Assembly (NCBI GenBank): GCA_965235115.1
Contig: OZ249445.1
Coordinates: 18,290,001 to 18,354,000 of the forward strand
DNA: 64,000 nucleotides
Direction of reading: 5' to 3'
Origin: Laetmonice hystrix
Lineage: Eukaryota
Every line of letters starts with the position of its first letter. The first letter of the stretch is position 1. The notes under the pieces are model-generated. The model had not been told where the DNA came from, searched no databases, and was given only the letters and a program-made list of their open reading frames with translations. Below are positions 13,261 through 27,260 of this stretch, piece after piece. Both the position numbers and the translations under genes were made by a program.

Positions 13261-14367
13261 CCACCCACCCACCGACCTGACACCACTCACCGACCTGCTC
13301 ACTACAATCTCGACCTACAGCCAACAATTAGAGCCTGTTGCGTGGGTCCTCCCTCACAGACCAATACAAACACGGCAGTATAGAGGTGATATTGTTGAGC
13401 AGAAGAGGAAGAAAGGCACCGGGGTGCTGGGAAAGAGGGCAGTGTGTTGTCACAGGAAATAAATAGACACTCTGAAGTTCCGTCTCCCTCTCAAGGGTTC
13501 ATGTCCTTGGCGGCTCCTTTCAAGGAGATGGTTGTAGCAAAATGCTAAAAAAAATACACAGGGAAGTCACAATGGCTCTATATTATCCCCAGACAAGGAA
13601 TTTTAGTGTATGAAATAATGATGTTATCGAAATGAATCAGAACTCTGTGAGCTCATACAGGTATTCCAATGTCCCAAGTTTAATGTTGTGGCTTCTTTAT
13701 AATTTCTTTCTTTCATTGTTTTTTTTACGGTGTGAGCAGATTTGACGCCGGCCTTTGTCAAAAAATGGGCATCATGTACTCAGATACCTGTCATTATCTG
13801 GCTCATCAGTGAAAAAACAGCGGCCGATGAGTGACAGAGTTGATAAACTTCAAAGGTCACTTTCTACTCGTTAACACCTGTGTCTGCAGACCTGATGTTA
13901 TTTTATATTGGCAATCTCAATCCTGCCCGGCCGTGGAGGAGGTGTCAAACACCCCTCACCCTCGACTCCTGTCTGCGCCTAGAGCCTGATTATAGACAGT
14001 CTTGTGATATATTATGAATGACACACGTCTAATGGCCGCCTAGTCTCCTCACTCCGGCGTCTTCAGTCTTTACACTGGGTGTTAGCGCCTCCGATACCAG
14101 CATACCTTTTTTTCTTAAGGAGAACAATTAGGGTCATAAACCCATCAGGCTCCTATACCCTACCACCCACGTGATATATAAACCTGGACTGGACTTCAAA
14201 GATAATTGGTGGTATTTAAAGATAAAGACAAAGTATGGCTTTTAGGGATGAGTCACAGAAATGAAAAATATAAGTGTTGATTGCTGGTGTGTTTTCCTTG
14301 AAGTGGCAGTTATGGCCCAGTGGGCGGTGAGGGGGTCTGACTGAGGGGGGAGAGGGCTGCAGGACCA

Positions 14368-14425
14368 ATTTACCTTGACCACTGCCCACCCCTGACTCAC
14401 CTGGAGAAACACATCAAACGCCCAC
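14368..14425 (-). other. Weaker candidate recursive splice site with 27-nt cryptic exon (14374-14400)
   Basis: Minus strand reads gtttgatgtgtttctcCAG|GTGAGTcaggggtgggcagtggtcAAG|GTAAAT. Shorter tract than the three strong sites and an upstream AG about -25. Confidence 0.4.
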
Positions 14426-17400
14426 TGAGGACCGACAAACATGGCCACTGTAATTGACCGCTCTGGAATCACATTTTAACGAGAGTTAAGTTCTTTGTGA
14501 CACAAATGTGATCACCTACCTTGATGGCCCATTAGAAATGGCCAAGATTTGAGCAGTGCTGGGTTTTACCCGCAATGTCCCATAAACACAAGGATGTGGT
14601 GCCTTGATGAGTTTCCTCTTTTAGACATTAACCTCTGATAGTGAACATTTAGAAAGCCATACCTATGCTAGAGTCGACATCAGGAATGCCATTCCAACCC
14701 GGATACTGAGCCCCACTTTCAGTACACAAACTTCTCGCCCTACACCAGTTTGAAACGTTGGTGACATCAACGTAAAATATGTAGCTAAACAACACATGAG
14801 AATGGATTTCTTAAAGTCAACCTCAACACATTCAACTTCTCCTGATCACCAGCAGGGTTTGGTTTCATTCCATGTTTACATTTGTCCCCTTGGGAGATCC
14901 CAACGGGATCTGGAAGTGAGACTTACTGGATGAAATTATGGGGAAGGGCTGGAGGAAAAACTTGACAAACACGGCCACTGACAGAAGCCAGCGAGTTTTT
15001 TCCCGCCAGACACAATGCGAGCCAGATTTGTAATCTTGCAATAAAAGATTATCCAAACAGACGAAGACACGTGCTAGCCGTAACAGCTGTGACCCTCTAA
15101 GGAACTCTCCCCATTTTTCTGGTACAAGAAAAGGAATGTAAGACCAGAAAATACACCGTGATGCAACCAAACGCCCTGTTTATGCTAAACCCACACAGCC
15201 CTTATCAAAGCAGCTGGAGACTGCCTTATCGACCCTGCCTGCTGCCTGGGTCTAAAACTGGGTGCGAATTCCGACGACACATTCTGCTCAACTTTCAGGG
15301 TCCGTCAAGTTGTCTGTTACAGTGTGCAACCAGACTTAACACTGCCTGCAACATGTCGACGGTATGAACACAGCCGCCAGCAAATGTAAGCATCTCCACC
15401 TGCATCCATTCCAAGCCTAAAACACCCGCCCACCTTGGGGAAAAAAGAGAGGGGGGAAAAAGGGGGAAGCAACCCCACCTTTATCTCTCAAGTTCCCTTC
15501 CCACCTTTCTGACCTTCCAAGACGAGAGACTTTCTACTGTTAAAGACACCTTCAATATCTGACTTCTGAATCACACCTTAAATTCACTTCACCCATCCAC
15601 TCTTGCATGAGCACATGTATCATTGATTTTCAAACTAATAATCAGAACGGGCCTTCCTTTACTTTTGACTTCCCACATTGAATATCCATCTCAGAATTCC
15701 ATCCAGCGTACATTCATATCCTGTAATTATGCTGTGATATTTTTGAAAGGATTCATCAGAACGTCTCCACAGTGGCCGCCGTCCACCTGACCGTGAGCGT
15801 GACAGCTGGTGCCCAGTGAATGGGATCCGGGAGAATCTGGTCGGACGGACTGACAGACAGACTGACGGAGGCAGTGGCAGCCGGCAGCCTATACAACTCC
15901 GACCTCCTACCATCCACTGTAGCGGTTTCTTGCTCCGTTATTGGTGGCAATGAAAACCCGACCCCCCAGTGCCCATCGCGTGTCTGTCGACCATCAGACT
16001 CGCGGGCCCTTACCGCCCCGTCACCCTCTCTAAATGTACCATTTAGCCCCCAACCCCTGCTCTCTCCCGCACACAAAAGAAGCCTCTCACTTCTTTGCGT
16101 TCCTTGTCAGATTCTGATGGCCAACAAAATACTCTCTTGACGAGGAACTAGCTCAAGGTGTAGGGGATTTTCAGGGTGCTGCACAAGGAAAGTGACATCA
16201 GACTGACAATACACCAACGGGACGCTTGGCTCGCAAAGTGACCACTTTAAACGGCTGTCATTAAACCCAATCCTTCCCCCTGCTCACACTGGAAGTCTTT
16301 TTCTGCCTCTCTTTCTGTTATTAGAATCATTGTCCAGTATGTAATCTACATAAGGTTTCAGTCTGATTCACGTTATGGCTTCCTGTTGGATCTCTTGACT
16401 TTAGTAAAAATCACAATTTGCTTGAACTGAACATTACACGTAATATTTCTGGAATGCCTTTGAAAAGTGCAAGAACCGAACCGACCCCGCAGGTTTGGAC
16501 TGAGGTCACAAAACTTGGTTCAGAAATTGCCCCGACCATAATCTTATCAGGTAGTCCATCTTTCAATTAAGTCAAATAATGCCAAAAGTGTCAGTGAACG
16601 ACTCCTGCGAGTCGGTGGACGTCTCGCGTCAATCCCTGCTCGACCACCACGTCGCCATGGATTTCACCTCCCGTTTCATAACATCACAATGGAAGGGTGC
16701 CAGGCAGACAAGCCAAGCGAAAATTGGGAGCGAGTTTTCACATTTAGCACTGCATTGTGGTGCCGTGGCTGGGCCTAGAGATTACCAGCTAGTGGGAGGG
16801 CAGTGGGGGCGGAATGGGGTGGGATGGGTGGCTCATGTTGAACCCAACTGATGATTGAAGGCGAACCTCAAAATCAGGCCCCATCAGTGGACCAATTGCC
16901 GTGGTTTCCTAAATGGTGCCTTCCTGAGTACGAAGGTCATCAAAACCCTACAAATTCTGCACTGTTTCACCCCTGGCACTGGTTGCCGACTTCGTATTGT
17001 AATGTTGTGGCCCTGAGGCCCAAAGCGGGCCCAAAAATTATGGCTGGGTTATTTTAATACAGTCTGTAATGCGCCAATGCTGACAAGCTTCCCGAGCTAT
17101 TTGGGTAGCTGCACCATAATGCTATAGAGGTAACTAGCCAATAAACATGGCCCATCGGGGCAGCGCCAGCACTGCGCTTTATCTAATATTGCAGGAAAGG
17201 GAGGGTTTTGCTGCACTCTAGCCCGCCCTCACCTGGGCCTACCTGTAGCCTGTAATCAGACCTGAGGGCCATCATGGGTAGCTTATCATTAATGTTATCC
17301 ATGCCAACCTTAACACTGCACCCACCGAATGGCACAACTCAGCACCCTGTGTTCACTCATATTTCCCGGTTCCCAGGGGGAAACCCCCCTATATGCGGAC

Positions 17401-19303
17401 GGCTGATGCTAAAGTACCATTCTTGTCAGCAGCCCGGAGGCTTTCGCACTGTTTGCTGGGAAAAGCAGCTGCACACAGCAGGCGTTTTCCTTATTACAGA
17501 ATTAAGTTCGAGTTGTTGAAATTCATACGTTTTAGAGACCTACTGTACCTTGATAATAAATCATTTCAAATCTAAAGGCAGAATGACAATTTCTAACAAA
17601 TCATATGATAAATCCTCGTACAGGCTTAAAAGCCATCCATTTCTAGCGGTGTTTCTCACTACGCTTTTGATTATACTGGCTTCGAAAAAAGGGCGACATG
17701 TGCAAATGAACCAGGTTGTTTTTAGATGGTTCTTTCCTGAAAGCGGAGCTCGCAACAGCTTTCCCTGAGTTACCATTGTGCTAAACCTTACGGGTTTGTT
17801 TTGTGTCTCACTATCCAACATGAATATTAAACCAGGCTTCCGTTACAGGTCAGCCTCACTCAGTGATATACATGATGAGACCGAGTGGTTGTGACACTCC
17901 TTTATGAGGTTCCATTCAGTCACATCGGATTATTCTTGTATGGACCCCGTCCTGCATGCCCACCGCACATTACCGCCCGTTATGAGATTCAGCACAAGTC
18001 TCTCCCAGTATATTGAAAATACAGGTTACATTCAGACACCACTGGGAGTATCATATAGAAATCTTTCCAATGTTCTCCAGGCCCTACGTCAATTTTTAAC
18101 CAATAAATCCCTAGATAGCAGACGCACAGCTGGCCACATAACCAACAGCGCGGCCCATGCTGCAAAACTAATAATGTACTACATTTCTGAATCAAATATT
18201 GTACACTTTATTCTCTTCTCAGTGAGGCTGATGACGTGACTTTGTGGCGCCCTGATTCCGCCAAGTCCCCCGCTGGATCCCTGATCACCTGACAATACAT
18301 CTCCCGGGGCCCGCCATCACGTGACCACGGCCAATATCGGGGCCCTCCCTAGCGGCAGCTGCGGGAACTAATGTCGTCTGCTGCCAAACAATGGGATTTT
18401 GATGTCAGGTAATATGAATTGTTGCCCCGTCCTGAGTCCCCGTGGTCGCATGACGCAGGCAATCAGTACTCACTGAGTACACTGACAGATCATACGGCGG
18501 TCGTGAACAGTATGTACACCACATGGAAGAACATGACATAAACCACATGATAGTGACCATATCACACTACGGACCATCACTACACCATATACAACTACCA
18601 TACCAGTAAACAAAGCTATTTTTCAGGCAATATTATAAACCCTTTTCCTATACATGTTGGATTGGTCACAATAACTTGCACGTCAAAACTGGGGTTCATT
18701 TTGGGCAAAAGGACAATAGGAACATTTGCTACATTTCGATAGCTTCCGGCACCACTGAAATGGTCAGTTGGACTTCCCCGGAATGAGCCCTTGAACATCT
18801 TTATTTCCCAGGGGACACTAGAGGCAATGTGCCCAGAATAACGCCGAAGAGTAGTCACTCGGCTTGACCTGCCGTATGGCCAGCTTAACCCTAGAATCTC
18901 TGACATATAAAACCGTACAATCTATAATAAAAGAAAAAACTTAGGTCAACATTGTGATATCCTACAAGCAACATCATAACCCCCCCCCCCCCAACAAAAA
19001 TATAAATCTAATCCGAAAATGAGAAAAAAGCCTCATTCCTGGTTTAATATCACACCTTCCATATATAAGTGGACTGTGAGAGTATTTACTGAACGTGTAG
19101 CGGAAGGCGTGGATGGTGTGTGGATATACATGGCCCTGATGCCAGCGTCAACTGGTTATTACATCGTTATTATAGGATCTCTCCACCAGTAAGGTGATCC
19201 CGCTATCCAGCGTACCAGGCCGGGAGGGCGTCAGGTTGCGAACAGTCAGGCTCACGGCAGTCCGATCATAATGACCCCCTAGCAAGATTACCACGATAAT
19301 CTG

Positions 19304-19393
19304 CACACTGGGAGCTAGCGGCTCGCATTATCCGACACTGGGTCCTCACACTGGGAACTAGCGGCTCGCATTATCTGACACTGGGTCCTCACA
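19304..19393. repeat. 43-bp tandem duplication
   Basis: cacactggga(g/a)ctagcggctcgcattatc(c/t)gacactgggtcct at 19304 and 19347. Confidence 0.9.
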
Positions 19394-21178
19394 AAGCCGG
19401 CAAGGCACATAGTCCTTCCGGTAATGAGGCACACAGGAAATCAGAGACACCAAATGACAATTAGTCCTTGCTCTCTGTTAGTTTTTATTTGGATTTTACA
19501 GCCATCTCTTTTCATAATCGTCTCTCCTTATCTAGCCCTCTGCCAACAATGCCATTTAGATTGTATGCCAGTGTCCATTTTCAAGCCAATATTTTACCTT
19601 TTACTCTTTTGTACTGTGTGTATCTGTGTTCATGTGTCCGGTTTTTATGTAAGTACTGATAAATGTAATTATAACTGAGTGTAAGAACATTCAAGATCTG
19701 GAACAAAGTTTTAAGGCACCAACAATTGTCTTTTATCAAATTCAGGATTGAAAACGTCCCGATTATGCCTAGAGAAGTATCAGTACCGGTTGTTTTCCGT
19801 CCAGAGTCTACTGAACAATCCTAATATTCCATGTACGTCAGACCCGACTTCACCTGCCTGACCGTAGCCTTCACGGTGGAGATTAAAGAGACAATTTGCA
19901 CCTTGAGGTCATACCATGTCAAGAGGCATCAGTTTCATGTCGACGATAATCCTTCATTTCCTAGATTGAGGGTCCTCCCTCATGAGGCACAATGTCGCTA
20001 TGATGAGCGGGTCAAGTATATTGTCGTGCCACTTCTAATATTTGATATAGCCACGTCACTGGGGGTGAACATCAGACCGGCCACGGCTTATAGTATCTCG
20101 ACTTTAATAACATAAACCCTAGTCCGTGTTCCATGCCACGAATCGGTTTAAATGGACATCAGATGGCCTCTTTGATCGTGGCTGTATTTGATTAATATCA
20201 AGGTCTTTTCAGTTCAAGTTCACAATGAAACTCTGCTAGCATTTATAGTTGTATCAACACTTCCATGTTTTTGTTCCTTGTTACTTATTCCAGAGGTTAT
20301 CCAACCGAACCCAACCAGAAAACCATTATACGAAGTGTTAGTGTTATATTTTACGTTGTTTTCCTTTATTTCCTAGACTACGTCAAGCACCCACACATAC
20401 CCACACATACCTGAAATTATTTCTATTACATACGTCATCACAGGTTTGGACCGTAAAAAAACTCCCTTGACTTTGATCCTCCTACTCGAGTCTTGCTTTT
20501 GACACTTTGGAATTGGAAAAACTGGTTTGCCCTTTGCTGTATGATTTATACCCTAGACTCGACTGTTCTAAGTTTAAGCTAAGAAAACTTAACGGCCTGA
20601 CATCATTGCAAACTTCATTAGATGTGACACCAGCCTGAATTCATAGTCTCTAACCACTCCCTACTGTGCCCAATTTTCCACACCATTTCTTCTCAAATCT
20701 CTACGTTTTTTACGTTTCCTTCAAAGCCGGTCCGGTTTTCAACCCATCTTCATTACGCTTCATCTGCTGCCATGGAAACCTATGACCTTAGCGGCCGAAC
20801 AGGGGAGATGTGAGGCCGTGTAGCCGTGGCATGTCGTCAGGCAACTCCCTCTACCTCACTAGTGGTGTACGCAAATTTGTTTCTCTGCTTTTACATCATG
20901 ACTGAGTCATCGGTTAATGGCTCTAAAGGTTCTCTGAAATATGACATAGGTCTTGGCTGGCGACATGCCCTCCTTAGTCATGTCGTCTTTTCTCTCTCAA
21001 GATATGCACGTGTAAGATTATTCGGGTACACACTTCACTAAAATATGTCTCCCGAAAACCATTCTAACCATTTCGAATACAGTACATCATTTGCCGATAA
21101 TGACAGTGCTAATGCATTTTTTTTCCAAAGGTCTATTTATAAAATTACTAGTATTGGTTCGGAGGAATAGCCGCTTTC

Positions 21179-21265
21179 ACTCACCCGTATAGCATACGTA
21201 TTTTCAGCCTCAAAGGAAGCATTGGTACTTACCTGCAAAGAAAGAGAAAATCACATGTCAGAAAC
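21179..21265 (-). other. Candidate recursive splice site (ratchet point) with 48-nt cryptic RS-exon (21185-21232)
   Basis: Minus strand reads tttCTGACatgtgattttctctttctttgCAG|GTAAGTaccaatgcttcctttgaggctgaaaatacgtatgctatacgg|GTGAGT. Canonical CTGAC branch point (A at -26), strong pyrimidine tract, perfect donor at the junction, second donor at 21184-21179. Confidence 0.85.
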
Positions 21266-24200
21266 GTATACATTGTATAATGCACATGCAGGAACGCCAC
21301 ATACACCAAGTAGGCGGCTCCTATGTTATCAAACCATCACTGTACTTACGGTTAATATAGATAAACTAAATCTGTTTCTATTGACTTTTTTAACAAGTTT
21401 GAAAGATGAGACTTTTATTAAAGTGTCAAGCGACTTTCTCATGTTATATTGGTTAAGTGTTGATCAGTGTTGATTCCCCATGAAATTAGACACGGAGCGA
21501 CATTCAGATTATTTTATAAAGCTTTCTAGTCCTCGGATGACACGGTTAGGTATACTTCACGTATATCCAACTCAAAGTGTATCCAAACACATTCTACCTA
21601 AGCCGCAATATAGTTGGATCTCATTCTGAAAAGAACCATGTTTCATCTGGTGCCTAAAACCTGTTGGATACATAAGCAAAGAGACTGTAATGCTGGCCCT
21701 AGGCTGGCGACAAATATTTGATTTACTGAGACTCTTCTCATCATATTCTCACAGACAGCTACACTATATGTTTATCTGTACTGCACTCACTGGGTTCAAG
21801 ATCACTTTCAGTACATGTGATATACTTGAGATGATGTTCTACTTTCTAAACTAGTGTGGACGTTTGATGTGTTATAGAGTCAGGGGGAGCCGCGACGGCT
21901 ACCCCCAAGTTGTATCTACGACCCCGTGTGGCCGGCCAGCCACCATAGGGCCAAGGTCAGGAACACGTTTGTGTTAGAGTGGCCCTAACCCAGTGTTTAC
22001 CTAATCCAATCTTCCGGTTGGTCTGAGCCCGTCGTTCTACCCGGCCACTCCAAGCACCGATCCCATTCACCTGTTGCTCCTCAACTCACCTGTCTGAGGT
22101 GAGAGCCACCAGACAGGAGACTTGCCAACTGCCCCACCTCCACCCACCTTACAACCCACCACATATCTCTACCATCTACCATCACCAACCAAGCCCTCTG
22201 GTGTCCCAGTGCCCGGTTCCAGTGGACGGGTGGGCGGCCGTTATATAAAAGGTCCTGGCACGGCGGCCCTCGGTGGCGGTCTGGCTGAGGGTGGACTCCG
22301 GGAGGGTCTCGGCATGGCAGCCGGCCAAGGTGATTGTGTTGTGGCCCTCCCCGTGCCATCACCACTTCCACCGTTAGCCTTTCAGACCTCACATCTACCA
22401 GGATACTCGGCCCTTGCTCAGGAGCCATGAGATCCTGCTCACACAATGACCTTTTGGAGATCTGTCAGCAATCTTGGGAAAACCTCCCAGAATGTTCCTT
22501 TCCTTGCCTTTATGGCCTGCGTGCTCATTTTTATGTATTTCTTGCCCTCCTGCCCCCAACACGCGGAGGCCTGGTTCAGTGAACCTCTGAGGTGGCCCTT
22601 CCTCTCCCAGGAAGGATCCCAATACTGGAGAATATAAAGTGCTTTGAACCCAGTCTAATTGGGTCAATGTCGGCCGAAGGTTGACAGTGATCCCCATACA
22701 TCCACTGCCTGTCACGCTGCCAAGACCTACTTGGTGTTATTTAAAACCTCTATCTATACTTCTCACGTCTCAGTATATGACATGTGTTACTAATACCCCG
22801 GTATATGATTGCGAGGGCCACGGCACGGCGGAGAGAACATTCCTCTCGTCAGACCAACACCACGTGTTATGTTTATATCTCGCACCCACACTAAGGTGTG
22901 AACAAGAAGGAAAATTTGTCACGTTTGATATGTTTGAATGTTTGCACTTTCATCTCGAATCTTTGCTCTCTCATATCTGTCTGCACATTGACAAAGAGCC
23001 AGACATGACCGTGGTAAAAATGTCTGGGTCTGTCACTGCCACGTGCCAAGTGTCAGAGAATTCCGTCTGGGATGGTTTGATTTATGCAGCGTGCAGGCAA
23101 TATGACATGCTGTGCCAAGATACCACTGTAAAGACTTCAGATGTGGGTGCATACCTGCGATAACGGCGGCTCAAATTGAAAATCACCGAGTCTCATAACA
23201 CTGACAAATCAGAGAGATCAACCATCACCGCCGGTCATAAAAAACACCTGTGGTACACAGCTCTGAATGTAAGACACATGCAATACACAGGGTGGGATTC
23301 TGTGATCGCAACCAGACAAATCGTAAAATACACGACAGACGTGAAAGATACAGCGACTGATAGTTCATGGTTACTTTCAATACGAGTTTGAATAGAACCA
23401 GTCGTAAAATTGTCCAATTATGTCCAGGTGTGGTAGTAATTACGCAGTATAAGTGAGTAATGCAGCAAGGTCACAGACATTGATCCCAGGTATGCTATAT
23501 TAATAATGAACTGTACGAATAATACGGCGGAATCATCCAGTCTGGCTGGCTGCCCTGGTTGTTGTAGTGTCGTCATTATATTGAAATCAATATTTCAATT
23601 ATATTTCAAGTTTCAGTTTCACATTATAAATATATTATCTGATAGCCATCCCAGGCTCAGCATCTCCCGGAACCTACCGTTTGTGTGACTAGGATAATGG
23701 CACAAGAGAAGCTTTGTTTGAACACAGCAGATTGTCCATCCTCCCCAGGTATCGTTAATAAATAACCACTGCCAGGTGACATTCTCCTGTAACCACCAAC
23801 TTTCTGGCGTTACTGAGCTCAACCTGACTAAAGTTAACAGACCCCTATTCTGGTCCACAAGCCGCACTGACTCTGAAAGGAGCCTTTCGGCGGTCACATT
23901 ATAGGTTGACCCTCGTGTTGACCTTACAATGGTTGGGTTGTAGGATGTAGCTGGGCCTATTGTCATCTCACTGTTAGATCTCCGTCAACTCTCAGTCTCT
24001 GACCGTTTGAAGAGTGCCCCATTGTCAGGTCATATTGTTAATCGTACAAAGGCATGGCGCAAACTGGTTTGCTTCAACTTTTCGTCTCATTTTGTACTTT
24101 AGCTCTTACTTAGGCATAGAGAAAGTGATCAATGCTTCACTCAGACGGGAAGGGATTTATTGGTTTCAAGCCGGGTGAACTGGTTAAATCACTTTGTCTC

Positions 24201-27124
24201 CATCCACCGAAACTGGAAGGCTGTCCTAAACGAACCAGTAGATTCTATAAACGTCTCAGTATCACCAATCGTACGTAGATAATTCATTTCATGATATATA
24301 ATCTAGATACCTCACCTTGACGGTAATGCTCCAACTCTATGCTCAGCCCGCCGTTCTCTATAGGAAATCCTCTTAAGAAGATCAGAGAACAATAGGATCA
24401 GAGTTGCGGTGAGTTGGGCCGTCAGTGTTACCATAGGATTAGACCCGGCCAGCCGACAGCCACATGTGTCCCCAACCACCCGTGCTGTACCACCGCCAGT
24501 TACCGTCAATAGATCTCACAGATCCCAACACCTGGTCCACCTCGGCGATAATCCTGGTGGAGTCTGGTCCCCGCCAAACATCCACTGATTGTGACGACTA
24601 CTGTGTACGCACTATTGAGGTTCGTTTCATAGGATCTGATAGAAACTCATTCTCACCTCCCTGCCATTAATTACCAACATTTATGTCACGATCAAAGATA
24701 AACACACGTGCTAATTGAAACACATTCTTCTCATTCCTTCCATACATTTATTGGCTCCAGGTGCAATCTTGATGGTTCAGATGCTGACAGCTGTAAATGG
24801 CACAATTAGCTGCCACAGGTAGACTCCTGTTTCTAACGAAGGCAGCCTGATATAGTAACTCTTCAATGGCCACTGTGGCCACAATAACTCAGCCACCCTG
24901 GCCACCCACCACTGACTGGACCTGATGCTACCCGTCGCCGGGGGCGTGCGGCCACACCTAGGGCCGACTCCCACCCATTTCTCAAGGCCTTCCCGGTGTC
25001 GGACCGTCTATGACCCTGAGCGGGATCCTCTCCCATTACCGAGCTCATTTTCACCGACCTTTTATTAATTACCACAGAGTGGGGGGTCGGTGGGGCCTGG
25101 AGGGAGATCATCTGTGGCGAGTGAGCGGTCAGCGCTGGCTGGCTGACTGACCACTTGACTGGACCCCCTCCAGCTCTGCCCCCAGGCTCAGTAATCTTGC
25201 TGGCGCTGAGGCTCAGTGCGGATGGACTCCACACACGCACCGTATCATCATCAGGATCATCATGGTCCTGTCTCCAGGTGATGTGGAAACAAGAATGTAA
25301 CATCTGGCCACCTTTCACCATCTCACATCTTACCTAATATCGACTGAGCACGATGAGTAGGTGGATTTCTGTGGCATCCAGGGACACAACAATTACAAGG
25401 GCGTCATGTTAGTGGGGTCAAGGATGGGAGTCCCATATCAATACGCTGTTTACCATGCAAACCTTTCATGGTTTGTGTTAGCTGGGGAGGCTGGGACTGC
25501 TGCTGTTGGAAAGAAAAAATATATGTTGCAGATGTTTGCTCAATGCTGGCTGGCACTTTGCCAGTCCAGAATCCTTGGAGCCCTAAAGCCCACAAGGTTG
25601 CCAGGCAGGTCTAATTAACTACACAGTCTACAACATGTAAGTGTCATTATCAGACTAAAACTTCTGTAAACACATTCATCTTTAGGACGTCAACAGTAAA
25701 TGTGCCTTGCTGGTTAGTTCGGTCCTTGTCTTACTTTATTTACCGACTCCAGTCACCTCAGCTTTCATTGATTGATATTTAATTACCCAAGTTATCACTC
25801 CACTTTGGTTTCTCCCTGTCTTGTATTTGTCCCGTGGCACATAAAGGTCTGGCAGTATCGAAGCTGTGCCGAATATAGACCGACATTTAATAATAATCTG
25901 GCATCTGTCCAGGTTGGCTAATAAAGCTCACACCTGGCGTTTACCTTTAATTGGATGGTTTGACCACTCGACTGGCTGGCCTGCTGGACACTGACCTAAT
26001 GTTAATGGCCAGGACCCCCCACTAACAGGCTTGTGGTAGAGCCGCCCACATCATTGGGATGGAGAGTTTTGACTCTACCTTCCATGAAGAGTCCGCTTCA
26101 TTCTGTGGCTTTATACCTCTCCAATCCAGCTACTCACCGCTGGCTGAGTGCTATTCTCCAACATTCAATGCGCTACCATCAATGTGCATATGTCAAGCTG
26201 GAGGCCCCAGATATAGAATAGCCAGCGGCAGTACGACTGACCAGGCCATTTGCTGGCCCAACCAGAGCTGGTTGGACCATGCAGCCACTTTGGTGCTTGC
26301 TTCGTCTGGTGTTTGGACATAACAGTCCCGATATAGTATTGGCCTTAACACAGGCCACCTCGGAGATCAACAGAATCAGTGACTTGCCACATTTCATGCA
26401 GCACCGCCTAGCTTTCCACTGTCACAAATCGCCAGTGACAACAAGGCCCGACCATTATGAGCAATGCCGTACAACGACCCTAGCTTTGAGGCAGACCACC
26501 TCCACAATATTTACCAAGGCCTGCAAAATGTTTCCACAAAAAAACGAAGGGTCGACGGAATTGCAACCTTCCACTTGAAGAGAGAGAAGCCGGCTGTCAG
26601 CCATCCCATCCTACCAAAAGCCTCCTTCCCAGCCACTCATCCCTCTTTGAACGCGGGAAATCAATGCTGAAATGGTTTCACCCAAAAATGGCCCGTGTCA
26701 ATACGTGACCAATGTCCTACACCTCTCCAACCTGTATTGACAAAACTGACAACAGGCAGTTTTACTCCCATATTTTATTTTGAATGTGCAAAAACAGAAA
26801 GAGAAGTCTTTGACCTTAGGGCCGATAAAAGGTCTGAACCGGTTTCAAGTCAACGATGGGTCTTGAAGTGAACGAACAGGAGTTGACAGAAAAATTGCTC
26901 GTCTTGAAAGCTGCGATTGGGGAAGATTCTGATAAAGACACAAAAAATAGTGTTTAATAACACGCTTTTGAAGTTGTTTCCATGTCGGCGGCTCTGATAG
27001 AACACAAAGCACTCATTGTGTTGGTCTCTCATTCACTACAAATAATTTGATTCTCGGTAGATCATCTTATTTCACCTCATAGAAATCTTTCAAATGAATC
27101 GTGATGACTCATTTCAATCAGAAG

Positions 27125-27260
27125 CACAAGACTCGAAGAAAAAGAATTCGTGACTATCTTGACATGTGATTTTCAAAAAGTCCTTCCGATCATAAAAATC
27201 AAAATTAAAAGGCGGTCACGATTAAAACGCAGCCAACTTTGGCTCATTACCAAATCGTTC
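27125..27260 (+). mobile_element. Decayed Sola1-like DDE transposase fragment
   Basis: Reads EFVTILTCDFQKVLPIIKIKIKRRSRLKRSQLW, resembling the Sola1 motif (vit)fDLQKVLPxP...YKRQLW with near-correct spacing. Flanks do not continue the match. Confidence 0.45.

Noticed and set aside
16330-16400. Minus-strand RLKPYVDY...EKDF resembling Polinton/adintovirus DNA polymerase B
   Set aside because: Spacing is off and the diagnostic KLMNNSxFGK does not follow.
20385-20430. Minus-strand TTTCAG|GTATGT
   Set aside because: The upstream region is A-rich with a nearby TAG, and the repeated GTATGT comes from a 10-bp tandem duplication.
22065-22105. Minus-strand CAG|GTGAGT with CAG|GTGAAT 19 nt later
   Set aside because: Another AG lies 4 nt upstream, the tract is weak, and the motif is one arm of a small CTCACCT/AGGTGAG inverted repeat.
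22240-22252. Canonical TATATAAAAG box (another at ~28890)
   Set aside because: No paired LTR, PBS or downstream gene to support a promoter; such motifs are expected by chance.
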